The position numbers and the translations under genes are program-made. DNA of 64,000 nucleotides. It comes from Lysobacterales bacterium. GTDB lineage: Bacteria; Pseudomonadota; Gammaproteobacteria; Xanthomonadales; Xanthomonadaceae. The stretch is from positions 31,542 to 95,541 of the forward strand of contig JBBSJP010000015.1 of NCBI GenBank assembly GCA_038257155.1. The letters are read 5' to 3'. The notes below the pieces were generated by a model, which ran no database searches, was not told the DNA's origin, and saw only the letters and a list, made by a program, of their open reading frames with translations. How positions within the stretch are numbered: the first letter of the stretch is position 1; each line of letters begins with the position of its first letter. Positions 37,340 to 46,528 of this stretch are shown here, piece by piece.

Positions 37340-40300
37340 CTACTTCGCCGCCGGCTTGCGCGGCGCGGGCGTCCCGCCGGCCTTGTCGCGTAGTCCGCTG
37401 ATCAGCAGGTCGAGGCGCGTGGCGATGGTGGTGAGCAGCTTCTGCTGCTCGCCGCGGCCCTCGTTGCGCGCGCGGATTTCGTCAACCAGCGGGCGGAAGC
37501 CAACCTCCAGGGCTGAGCGCAGGCCGCCCAGCCACATTGCACTTTCAGTTGCGGTATCGCGCGAGAAGGTGCGCGCCAGGGCCTGCTCGCTCGCGATGCG
37601 CTGCAGCAGGTCGATCAGGGCGGGCCAATGTTCGCTGTTTGCGGCGACGTCGTCGGCGCTGGCGGGCTCGGCGCCGCGCTGGGTGCTGGCATCGGCCAGC
37701 TCGCGCAGGGCCTGGGCAAGCAGGTCGAGGCGCGCGACGACATGCTGGCCGGTTTCGGCCTGCGCGCCCTGCGCCGCACCGAGGGACGACAGGCCTCGCA
37801 CGCCCTCGACCAGGTCATGCAACTGCCCGACCACACGCACGCCGACGTCGCTGTCGGCGCCGCCCATCGATTTGTTGCGGCGGTAGTCGCGCAGGATCTG
37901 CTCCCAACGCGCCTTTTCCACATCGGTCTGGCGGCCGAGCAGTTCGGCCAGCTTGAGCAGGTTCTCTTCGGCGCCGGCGGTGAGCAACTGGGCCTCGCCC
38001 TGGTAGTGGTCGCGCAGCACCTGCTCGATGTCGGCATCGTTCATCGCCGGCGAGAGCTTCTCGGCCAGCTTGTTCATGTTGCGGTAGCTGCCCTGCAGGC
38101 GGAACGGCGGCTCGGTGCGGTAGTCGTCGTCCTGCGCCGCCGAGGCGATGTACTGCTGGTTGACCCGGAACACCGTGTCGCGCACCTGCATCAATCGCCG
38201 CAGCACGGCCTCGATCTCGCCGATCTCGGCGGCGCTGTAGGTGTGTGCCAGTTCGTTGGCGGAAAACGCCTTGCCCTCGGCCTTGGCGATCAGCTTGTAG
38301 ACATCGCTCATCTGGCGCGTGGCCAGCGGCGCCAGGATCGGATTGGAGGTGAGGCAGATCTCCACGTAGCTCATCGCGAAGGCCTCCTGCATGCCGCCCA
38401 GCACGTCGCCCAGGTTGTAGACGTCGGCGCGGTTGGCCAGCATGTCGGGAATCTTGAAGACCTCGCCGGACTCGGTGTAGGGGTTGCCCGCCATCACCAC
38501 GCAGAACTTCTTGCCGCGCAGGTCGAAGGTGCGGGTCTTGCCCTGCCAGACGCCCTCGATGCGGCGGGTGCCGTCGCACAGCGAGATGAATTTCTGCAGG
38601 AATTCCGGATGGGTGTGCTGGATGTCGTCGACATACAGCATGGTGTTGTTGCCCATCGCCAGCGCGAGATTGAGTTTTTCCAGCTCGCGCGCGGCGGTGG
38701 CATCGGGCGCCTGTGCCGGGTCGAGCGAATGCACCGCATGGCCCAGGGCCGGGCCATTGATCTTCATGAAGTTCAGGCCCATGCGATGCGCCACGTACTC
38801 CATCAACGTGGTCTTGCCGTAGCCGGGCGGCGAGATCAGCAGCAGCAGGCCCATCAGGTCGCTGCGCTTGCCTTCGCCGACCGTGCCCATCTGCTTGGCA
38901 AGGTTGTCGCCGATGATCGGCAGGTAGACCTCGCTGATCAGCCGGTTGCGCACGAAGGCGGTCAGCGGCTTTGGCTTGAATTCGCCCAGGCGCATCGATT
39001 CGCGCTCGCGCTCCAGGCGCGCGTGGCGCTGCGCGTGGTACTGCTTGAGGCCCGGCAGGAAGGCGTGGCGGTGATGCTCGAAGCGCGCCTCGAAGTCGTC
39101 CAGCGCTAGCGCCAGGCGGCCGTCCTGGATGCGCGCATGCACACCGAGCAGGCCGGCGACTTCGGTGCGCAGGTCGGCCTGCGCAATTCGATTCGGCAGG
39201 CTCTCGCCGAGCAGCAGCAAGGCGGCGGCCTCGTTGCGGTAGTCGCGCAGCGCGCCGAGCTCAGTATCGCCAAGCAGGGCGTCGAGCCAGCCCAGCAGCA
39301 GGTTCCAGCGCGCGTCCAGGCGACCATCTAGGCGCTTCAGGGTGTCCTGCAGTTCGTGCCAGGCATGCGCGGTTTCCAGGCGCTCGCGCAAGGCCTTGGC
39401 AAGCTGGGCGGCGTATTTGCTGAAGTGGAACTGCACATGCTCGGCAGCCAGTTCGTGCTGCAGATAGTCGGCTGCGCGCTTGAGGTGCACGCCGTCCAGC
39501 GGCAGTCCGCGCTCAAGGGCAAAAGCTTCCAAGGCCTGCGCGAGTTCATTGCGCAGCGCCAGACCGCCACCGCCATGACCGAACAGCTCGCGCATGCGGC
39601 GCGCGGCGCGTGCGCGTTCGGGCCAGGTCGCGGACTGCTTGTGCGAGTTGATCAGCTCGGACCAGCCGAGCAGGGCGAGGGCGCGGTCATCGGGTGCATA
39701 GCGCAATGAACCGGCCTGCGCACGCAGCGGCAGCAGCGCAGACAGGATCAGGCTGGCGTCGTGGTCGTGGATGCCCTTCTCGTAGCCCTCGCGATAGCGC
39801 GCGGAAGCGAAATCGCGCAGGCGCTGCTGCAGGCCATCGGGCTGCAGCGCGAGGCGTTCCAGCTCGCTCATGCTCCAGCCATCGCTGCCGGCTTCGGCCG
39901 CCTCCAGCACGCAGCCCGCAAGGTACTCGCCGCGATACAGCGTGGCCGATTCGGATTCCAGATCGACCGCCCAGTAATCGCGTGCCGCGTCCAGTTCCGG
40001 ATCGTGCAGGGCCTGCAGGTAATCGGTGCCGGTGAGGTGCAGGTAGAGCCCGTCCTCACGCGGCATCAGGGTGAGGTCGAGCTCCTGGCGATTGACGCTG
40101 AAGCGGTGCCGACCGAAGCGCAGGGTTTCGCCGCCGGCGTCGAACAGTTCACTGCGGTCGCGCAGCGCGCGCAGGGCCTGGTCACGCGCCGCCTTGAGGC
40201 GCGATTCGACATCGTCGGCTTTGACGTTGTCCTTCAGGCCGCGCAGGCGCTCGGCCAGATCGCGCAGCTTGAGCACCAGCGGATCGCCGGCGAAGAAGGC

Positions 40301-42736
40301 GTTGAGCTGGTCCTGGTCGGTGAGTCGCTCGCTGCGCCGCGGCAGGCCTTCCAGGATGCGGATGGCGGCATCGTGCACGCCCTGCGCCTTGCGCTGGCGT
40401 TCGTCGAGCAGCGCCTGGCGCTGGCCCTCGAAGGCTTCCAGCACTTCCTCGCGCTTGGCCAGGATGTCGCCGAGGAACTGCTCGTGCTCGCCGAACTGGC
40501 TTTCCAGTTCTTCCAGTTGCACCAGCACGCGCGCCAGTTGTTCCTCGCAGGCTTCCGGCTCGCGTGCCTGCGACAGGGCGCTGGCGACACTCTGGCCAAA
40601 CAGCTGGAACTGCGCGCCGAACTGCGCCACGGCCTCCGATGAGCCGAGTGATTTGCGTCGTTGCTCGGCGCGCGCGCGGGCCTGGTTGAGGCGGGCATAC
40701 AGTGCCGAGATCGCCTCGACCACGCGGGTGCGTTCGGCCGCGTCTTCGACCGGCAGGCTGCCCATCAGGTTCGACAGCATGTCGAGATCGGAGCCCAGGT
40801 CAGCCAGGCCCTTGAGCGGCTCGCGCAGCTGACCACCGCTGCTGGCGGCCTGCGCCTTCGTATCCAGCGCAGTCAAACGGTCGCCGAGCGGTGTCAGCGC
40901 GGCGGGACTGGCGACGAAGCTGCCAGTGGCCTGGCCGGTGCGCTGCTGCGCCTCGAGCAACTCGGCCTCCATCGCGTCGATGGCGGCCACGTCGATGTAG
41001 CGGAAGTCGCGGATCGTCAGCAGGCGGCCGCGCAACGCGGCGATGCCGTTCAGCGCGTCGACGTAATCCTGCACCTTGTCCCAGCGCTCGGGCTGCAGCG
41101 ACTTCAGCAGTGCAGCCTGCTGCGTGCGCGCTTCAGTCAGGGCCTGCTCGGACTGACGCCGGATGCTGACGACTTTCTCGTACTCGTCGAGCACCTGTTC
41201 GCTGGTCGCGGCGATCTCGCGCACCAGGCTGGCGGCGCCCTGGCAGTTGCTGTCGTCGACCCAGTGGTGCAGGTCGAACAGGCGACGGGTCTCGGCCACC
41301 AGGCGCTCGAAGCGCTGCGCCGAGATGTCGGTCGATTCGATTTCGCGCGCCACGCCGAGCAGGTCGGACAGGCCGCGTACCAGTTCGGCATTGCCGATCT
41401 TGCCCATGAAGCTGGTGCGCGGCGGCTGGCGCGCGGCGAACTCTTCGGTGGTGAAGGGCGTTTGCCAGATCTGCATCGGATGCACGCGCGTGGCTTCGGC
41501 GCTCTCGGCGCTGAACACCACCATGCGGCCGTCCTCCATCATGGCGTAGCCATGCGCGAAGATCGGCGTCTGCAGGCGACGCTGGATCAGGTTGTAGGTG
41601 AACAGCGCGAAGCGGCCTTCCTCGGGCTCGTAGAACACGTACAGCACGTCTTCGCCATTCGGCGAACGCAGCACGCGCTTGAAACCCATGCCGTCCATCG
41701 AGCGTTCGAAGCGGCGGTACTCGCCGTTCTGCAGCACATAACCGCCGGGGAACACGATGCCGTGGTCTTCCGGCAACTGGATGCAGGCCGCGCCGATGGC
41801 ATCAATGCGCAACACGCTTTGCGTGATGCGGTTGTAGACCAGGTAGCGCCAGACCTCTTCGCGATAGGGCAGCACCCGCAGCAGGATGAGGCTGCCGACC
41901 TGGGCGAACTCGACGATCGCGTCGTCGAGCGACTGGGTCTTGTCGGCAACTGGCTCGCGGTACACGCCGAGGCCGTCTTCGGTGTTGTTCTCGACCTTGA
42001 CGGTGAGGTCGCCGGCAACGGTCTCGACGAACACGGTGTCGAGGATGTTCAGATGCGGGTGGCGGCCGTGCACCGCGTGCTCGCGCGTGCAGCGTGTCCA
42101 CTCGAAGTCATAGGCCGGCGGCGGCGCGATGTCGCGTTCGCCGCGGTTGTCGATGTAGCGGATCTGGCTGCCGTCGGACGAGACGTTCCAGCGAAACACG
42201 CGCACATCGGTCAGGCGCTCGCCGATCTGGAAGCTGGCCAGCAGCTTGCCCTGCCGCACCACCAGCTGCAGCAGGCGGGTGTGCTTGTAATAGGCGTACA
42301 GCTCGCGGAAATCGTTGCGGAAATCGGGCGCATCGAGAAAGCTGCCCGCGACCGGCACTGGCTCGCCTTCGAAGCCCTCGCCCTCCTCTTTCAGGCGATA
42401 GAGCGAGAACACATCCTCGACAACGGTTTCCTTCTTCAGCCCGATGAAGACGTTGTAGCCGAACAGCAGCAGATGCCCGACCTGCACGATATCGCGCGCC
42501 GCACAGTTGTTCTCGGTGCGCACCCGCAGCCGCCCGGCGACAGCCATCTCGCTGCTGCCGAACTCGGCCAGGCGCTGGGTGTTGAGCGCATCGACCACAC
42601 CCGCAAGCCGCGAGCCCTGTTCAACCAGGCGCTTGTGCAGCACTTCGTAAGCGCCACCTTCGGTGACGGCGCGGTCGACATTGCTGGTATCGGGGGTGGG
42701 GTTGGTCATGGGGCGAGTTTCAAACGTGTGAGACAT
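37340..42736 (-). CDS. Giant (1798 aa) protein with a single central AAA+-like P-loop ATPase module and extensive helical regions
   Basis: Uninterrupted 5.4-kb ORF. Walker A LISPPGYGKTTLMEYV, Walker B-like MLYVDDIQH, sensor-like VVMAGNP. Long helical Glu/Arg/Leu-rich stretches. No signal peptide. Confidence 0.85.
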   Translation of the reverse strand: MSHTFETRPMTNPTPDTSNVDRAVTEGGAYEVLHKRLVEQGSRLAGVVDALNTQRLAEFGSSEMAVAGRLRVRTENNCAARDIVQVGHLLLFGYNVFIGLKKETVVEDVFSLYRLKEEGEGFEGEPVPVAGSFLDAPDFRNDFRELYAYYKHTRLLQLVVRQGKLLASFQIGERLTDVRVFRWNVSSDGSQIRYIDNRGERDIAPPPAYDFEWTRCTREHAVHGRHPHLNILDTVFVETVAGDLTVKVENNTEDGLGVYREPVADKTQSLDDAIVEFAQVGSLILLRVLPYREEVWRYLVYNRITQSVLRIDAIGAACIQLPEDHGIVFPGGYVLQNGEYRRFERSMDGMGFKRVLRSPNGEDVLYVFYEPEEGRFALFTYNLIQRRLQTPIFAHGYAMMEDGRMVVFSAESAEATRVHPMQIWQTPFTTEEFAARQPPRTSFMGKIGNAELVRGLSDLLGVAREIESTDISAQRFERLVAETRRLFDLHHWVDDSNCQGAASLVREIAATSEQVLDEYEKVVSIRRQSEQALTEARTQQAALLKSLQPERWDKVQDYVDALNGIAALRGRLLTIRDFRYIDVAAIDAMEAELLEAQQRTGQATGSFVASPAALTPLGDRLTALDTKAQAASSGGQLREPLKGLADLGSDLDMLSNLMGSLPVEDAAERTRVVEAISALYARLNQARARAEQRRKSLGSSEAVAQFGAQFQLFGQSVASALSQAREPEACEEQLARVLVQLEELESQFGEHEQFLGDILAKREEVLEAFEGQRQALLDERQRKAQGVHDAAIRILEGLPRRSERLTDQDQLNAFFAGDPLVLKLRDLAERLRGLKDNVKADDVESRLKAARDQALRALRDRSELFDAGGETLRFGRHRFSVNRQELDLTLMPREDGLYLHLTGTDYLQALHDPELDAARDYWAVDLESESATLYRGEYLAGCVLEAAEAGSDGWSMSELERLALQPDGLQQRLRDFASARYREGYEKGIHDHDASLILSALLPLRAQAGSLRYAPDDRALALLGWSELINSHKQSATWPERARAARRMRELFGHGGGGLALRNELAQALEAFALERGLPLDGVHLKRAADYLQHELAAEHVQFHFSKYAAQLAKALRERLETAHAWHELQDTLKRLDGRLDARWNLLLGWLDALLGDTELGALRDYRNEAAALLLLGESLPNRIAQADLRTEVAGLLGVHARIQDGRLALALDDFEARFEHHRHAFLPGLKQYHAQRHARLERERESMRLGEFKPKPLTAFVRNRLISEVYLPIIGDNLAKQMGTVGEGKRSDLMGLLLLISPPGYGKTTLMEYVAHRMGLNFMKINGPALGHAVHSLDPAQAPDATAARELEKLNLALAMGNNTMLYVDDIQHTHPEFLQKFISLCDGTRRIEGVWQGKTRTFDLRGKKFCVVMAGNPYTESGEVFKIPDMLANRADVYNLGDVLGGMQEAFAMSYVEICLTSNPILAPLATRQMSDVYKLIAKAEGKAFSANELAHTYSAAEIGEIEAVLRRLMQVRDTVFRVNQQYIASAAQDDDYRTEPPFRLQGSYRNMNKLAEKLSPAMNDADIEQVLRDHYQGEAQLLTAGAEENLLKLAELLGRQTDVEKARWEQILRDYRRNKSMGGADSDVGVRVVGQLHDLVEGVRGLSSLGAAQGAQAETGQHVVARLDLLAQALRELADASTQRGAEPASADDVAANSEHWPALIDLLQRIASEQALARTFSRDTATESAMWLGGLRSALEVGFRPLVDEIRARNEGRGEQQKLLTTIATRLDLLISGLRDKAGGTPAPRKPAAK

Positions 42737-42748
42737 TCAAGCCCCTCT

Positions 42749-42840
42749 CCCGCCGGGAGAGGGGTTGGGGAGAGGGGCAAACGGAGCCCGAAGCTTTGGG
42801 CAAGTCCAGCCCCTCACCCCCGCCCCTCTCCCGTGGGGAG
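42749..42840. repeat. Pair of GC-rich hairpins sharing the stem CCCCTCTCC...GGAGAGGGG (REP-like)
   Basis: CCCCTCTCCCGCCGGGAGAGGGG at 42749-42771 and CCCCTCTCCCGTGGGGAGAGGGG at ~42818-42840, immediately after the giant gene's start. Confidence 0.65.
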
Positions 42841-42880
42841 AGGGGAGCGAAGCGGAACGGCCCAGCACCACTCCAGTTTC

Positions 42881-43051
42881 CCGTTCGTGGTGAGGAGCGA
42901 TCGAGGCATCCGCGCAGCGGATGACCGAGAGCGCGTCTCGAACCACATGCTGGATGGTTCGAGACGCCACCTCGTTCGGCCGCCAACGCGGCTGCGAGGC
43001 GCTGCGCGCCTTCGCGCTGCGCGCGCCTCGATGGCTCCTCACCACGAACGG
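42881..43051. repeat. Nested inverted-repeat element (MITE/REP-like) between flotillin and giant ATPase genes
   Basis: 26-bp terminal IR CCGTTCGTGGTGAGGAGCGATCGAGG (42881-42906) versus its complement at 43026-43051 (25/26 match). Inner palindrome GCGTCTCGAACCA...TGGTTCGAGACGC at ~42932-42969. Confidence 0.65.
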
Positions 43052-43105
43052 TTTATGGGGGAGGCTCATGGCAGCAGTTCAAGCAATCAAGAACCCAGCG
43101 CTCGC

Positions 43106-45064
43106 CTATTCCTCCCCACCCTTCTTCGGCACCTTGCGCTTGCCCTCATCCCCATCGCTCTTGCCCAGATACTTCGCCAACAAGTCCTGCACGATTGGAC
43201 TTTTGCCGGCAATGCCTTCGATCGCCTTGCCCACCGACAGCGACCTGGCAAAGGAATTGAAGAAGTCGCCCTCGCCGCCAACGATGTCGATCTTGGCCTT
43301 GGACAGCGCCGCCGACAGCACTTCGGCCTGTTCGCGTGCGATGTCCTTGCTGGCATCGATCGAGGCAATCGCCTGCTCGAAGTTCTTTTCGAGCTGCATG
43401 CGGAATTCCTCGTGGGTGCGGGCACCGTCGTCGAGCTTGGATAGCGCATCAAACTTCTCGGTGAGGCCCTTGGCCTCGGCCTGGAACTTCTGCAGCAGCA
43501 CATCGGCCTCGGCCGTGCCCTGCTTGCGCCAGGCCTCGGCCTTGGCTTCGGTGACGCGAGCCTGGGAAAGGCCCTTCTCCTGTTCGCCGCGCGCTTCAGC
43601 CATCAGTTGCTCTTCGAGCGACTTTGCTTTGGCCAGTCCCTCGCGTTCGGTCGCCGCGGCGCCAACCTCGCGCACCCGCGCATCGGCCAGGCCCGGCGCG
43701 GCGCGCTCGGCCTCGGTGCCTTCGGCCATCTTCTTCTTGCCCTCGGACTGCTTGCCTGCGGCTTCCAACTCGGCTTGCGCCAAGGTGGTGATCTCGATCG
43801 CCTTGTGCTTGGCCTTTTCCTCGTCGGCCTCGGCCTGCTTGACCTGGCGCACCAGTTCTTCTTCGGCCATCGCCTGGGCATTGAGGATCGCGACCTGCTT
43901 GGCGCGATCGGCAAAGGAAACTTCGCGAACTTCCTTGATGCGCTCCTCTTCCTGCGCCACGGATTTCTCCACCACGATGCGCTCGCGGATCACCCCGGCG
44001 ATGATCTGGCGCTGTTCTTCCAGGGCTTTTTCCTTTTCGATGCGCTGCAGCTCGACTTCACGTTCCCGGGCCACCTGCTCCAGGGCCTTGGCGCGGGCCA
44101 CCTTCTCGACTTCGATCACCACCGCGCGCTGACGGTTCTGCTGCGCCACTTCCACTTCGCGTTGGCGGTTCTCTTCGCGGATCTCGATGGTTTCCTGGGT
44201 CTGGATGCGGGCCTGCTCGGAACGCAGGCGCTCTTCCTCCTGAACCTTCTTGGTTTCGGCCTGTTCGCGCGCCTGGATGGTTTCGATCTCGCGCTTCTGG
44301 CGCGCCTCGGCGTCGGCCTGCTGGCGCTCCAGCGCCAGGGTCGCCTCGCGCGTCTCGACGTTCTTCTTCTTCATCGCCAGCTCTTCGTTGCGCTCGAGCT
44401 CGTTGGTGATGACGTTCTGCGCGGCGGTCAGCTCGGTGATCTTGCGGATGCCCTCGGCATCGAGGATGTTGTTGGGATCGAGCGAGGACTTCGGCGTCTG
44501 CTCCAGGTAGTCGATCGCCACGTCTTCCAGCACGTAGCCGTTCAGATCGTTGCCGATCACTTCCACGATGCGGTCGCGGAATTCCTGGCGGTTCTCGAAC
44601 AGCTTGACGAAGTCGATCTTCTTGCCGACCGTCTTCAGCGCCTCGGAGAACTTGGCATTGAACAGTTCGTTCACCGCGCCCTTTTCCGAGGCGCGATCCA
44701 CGCCGATCGCCTTGGCCACTTTCAGCACGTCCTGCTGGGTCTCATTGACGCGCAGGTAGAACGCCACCGTGATGTCGGCGCGCATATTGTCCTGGCAGAT
44801 CAGCCCATCCTTGCCGCGCCGGTCGACCTCCAGCGTGATCAGGGAGATCTTCATGAACTCCTTCTTGTAGACCACCGGGTACACCAGGGCGCCGGTGAAG
44901 TGCACCTTGGGAGTGGAAGACAGGTCGTTGACGATCAGCGCGGTGCCCTGCGGGACCTTGATGTAGAAGGCCTTGAACAGGGCGAACAGGCCCACGATCA
45001 CGACGACAACAACGCCAAGTCCGATCAGGAACGGCATCAGGAAGGCAAGATCCATGGCAAACAC
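43106..45064 (-). CDS. Flotillin-like SPFH/band-7 protein (YqiK-like) with extended coiled coil
   Basis: N-terminal TM hairpin (LAFLMPFLIGLGVVVVVIVGLFALF). SPFH domain (YIKVPQGTALIVNDLSSTPKVHFTGALVYPVVYKKEFMKISL...). ~350 aa EA/EQ/K-rich coiled coil. Confidence 0.85.
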   Translation of the reverse strand: MFAMDLAFLMPFLIGLGVVVVVIVGLFALFKAFYIKVPQGTALIVNDLSSTPKVHFTGALVYPVVYKKEFMKISLITLEVDRRGKDGLICQDNMRADITVAFYLRVNETQQDVLKVAKAIGVDRASEKGAVNELFNAKFSEALKTVGKKIDFVKLFENRQEFRDRIVEVIGNDLNGYVLEDVAIDYLEQTPKSSLDPNNILDAEGIRKITELTAAQNVITNELERNEELAMKKKNVETREATLALERQQADAEARQKREIETIQAREQAETKKVQEEERLRSEQARIQTQETIEIREENRQREVEVAQQNRQRAVVIEVEKVARAKALEQVAREREVELQRIEKEKALEEQRQIIAGVIRERIVVEKSVAQEEERIKEVREVSFADRAKQVAILNAQAMAEEELVRQVKQAEADEEKAKHKAIEITTLAQAELEAAGKQSEGKKKMAEGTEAERAAPGLADARVREVGAAATEREGLAKAKSLEEQLMAEARGEQEKGLSQARVTEAKAEAWRKQGTAEADVLLQKFQAEAKGLTEKFDALSKLDDGARTHEEFRMQLEKNFEQAIASIDASKDIAREQAEVLSAALSKAKIDIVGGEGDFFNSFARSLSVGKAIEGIAGKSPIVQDLLAKYLGKSDGDEGKRKVPKKGGEE

Positions 45065-45133
45065 TCCGAGGCGATGGACGAACAGTGGCGGCGGCGCCCT
45101 GCGGCGATGCCGTGAAGCAGGAAGTGAAACGGG

Positions 45134-45760
45134 TCAGGCGGCGTGCTTGGCGATCACGCGGTAGGCATTCTGCAGCGTCAGGTATTCCACTAGTACCACT
45201 TCGTCACCGCGTGAGAATTGGCCAGGGTCAGCGCGGACCTGCAGGACCAGTCCTGCACCGCCGTCCTCCAGATTCGCGGTTCCCTGCGAATCGGTGACAT
45301 GAGGGCTGCGCACGATGGCGATCTTGCCGAGCAGGGATTCGCTGTCGGTGGGCTTGAGCTTGGCAAATAACGGTGACAGCGGGCGCAGTGCCAGGCCGGT
45401 GATCGGCATGGCAACAACAACAGCGCCCAACAGCAGGCCGGAACCGAGGGCATAGCGCATCACTCCGGTGCCCAGGTGCTGCAGCAGGAACAGGTCGACG
45501 AAGTAGGTGAGCAGCCAGCCAAAAAATATGAAGCCGGTAGCGATCAAGGTCACCGGCACCCCATCCAGGCCCCATTTCATCAGCAGGCCGGCAACACCGC
45601 CAACATCCAGATCCATACCGTCCGGCATGGGCGCGAAATTCAGGATCTCCAGATCGATCAGGCCGATCATGGCCATCATCCAATAGATCACCGCCACCGC
45701 CAGCAGAACGCTGAAAACCACGGTGGGAAATGAAAGCGCGATTTGCAGGAACTCGTCCAT
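45134..45760 (-). CDS. YqiJ/NfeD-like inner-membrane protein (flotillin partner)
   Basis: Start MDEFLQIALSFPTVVFSVLLAVAVIYW. Multiple TM helices then a C-terminal OB-like segment (GKIAIVRSPHVTDSQGTANLEDGGAGLVLQVRADP...GDEVVLVEY). 69 bp upstream of the flotillin gene. Confidence 0.7.
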   Translation of the reverse strand: MDEFLQIALSFPTVVFSVLLAVAVIYWMMAMIGLIDLEILNFAPMPDGMDLDVGGVAGLLMKWGLDGVPVTLIATGFIFFGWLLTYFVDLFLLQHLGTGVMRYALGSGLLLGAVVVAMPITGLALRPLSPLFAKLKPTDSESLLGKIAIVRSPHVTDSQGTANLEDGGAGLVLQVRADPGQFSRGDEVVLVEYLTLQNAYRVIAKHAA

Positions 45761-45918
45761 GGTTCGAAGGCCCCCCGACGGCGTCTTTACGTTCCGAGAC
45801 AGCTGGAAGGATAGGCAATAGCGGCGCCGCGCGCCATGTCCCGGAGGGCAGGCTTGGTTTTCGGCTCGCCTGCCCCAAGAGATTTCGGTTACCCGTGGCT
45901 GAAACTGACTACCCATCC

Positions 45919-46169
45919 TCCGTTCGCACTGAGCGTAGCTGGCCGCAGGCCGGCGAAGTCGAAGTGCCTACCGCGTGTCCTTCGACTTCGGCCCCGCGGG
46001 CCTACGCTCAGGACGAACGGGTGTGGTTGGGCGGATGGGTGGTGCTGTCTGAGTCAATCTCTCCATGCCGTTCGCACTGAGCTTGGCTGGCCGCAGGCCG
46101 GCGAAGTCGAAGTGCCTGCCACGGGTCCTTCGACTTCGACCCCGCGGGCCTACGCTCAGGACGAACGGG
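45919..46169. repeat. Two tandem ~100-bp hairpin-forming repeat units (REP/MITE-like)
   Basis: Unit 1 at 45919-46022 and unit 2 at 46068-46169. Each has terminal IR CCGTTCGCACTGAGC(G/T)T.G...CTACGCTCAGGACGAACGG and inner IR GAAGTCGAAGTGCC...CTTCGACTTC. Confidence 0.8.
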
Positions 46170-46242
46170 CTGGCGAACAGGTGACGCCCCGCCGTTGTCT
46201 CGATACCATCGACCAAACCTCAACAAAGCCCTCGATAGCCCC

Positions 46243-46491
46243 ATGTCAGAAAGCCGCGACTACCTCGAGATGTCCTTCAAGTCGATCGAGTATTTCGCCA
46301 AGGACGGACGCCTGCATGCGCACGAGCTGGAGCAGCTCTACGCGCTGGCAATGCGCGATGGCAAGCTCGATGCCAATGAGGTGCGGGTGCTGAAGTCGGT
46401 GATCGATCGCATCCGCCCGGAGGAACTCGACGACGCGATGAAGGTGACGCTCGGTGAGATTACGCGCCGGCTCGGCAAGCCGGGCGGCTGA
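46243..46491 (+). CDS. Small hypothetical protein (possibly TerB-like helical)
   Basis: ATG 46243, 82 aa, MSESRDYLEMSFKSIEYFAKDGRLHAHELEQLYALAMRDGKLDANEVRVLKSVIDRI... Confidence 0.45.
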   Translation: MSESRDYLEMSFKSIEYFAKDGRLHAHELEQLYALAMRDGKLDANEVRVLKSVIDRIRPEELDDAMKVTLGEITRRLGKPGG

Positions 46492-46528
46492 GCCCGCCCA
46501 ACAAGGGCGCGCTGCCACCGACGGTGGC

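Noticed and set aside
37628-43444. Long plus-strand ORFs (37628-39109, 39761-40642, 40661-43444, 42921-44132, 43607-45115)
   Set aside because: All are antisense to the giant ATPase or flotillin genes and give Arg/Ala/Gly/Leu-rich low-complexity translations typical of high-GC antisense frames. The SD-like GGGGGAGG before the 43058 ATG was considered, but the product is low-complexity and it would fully overlap the flotillin gene.
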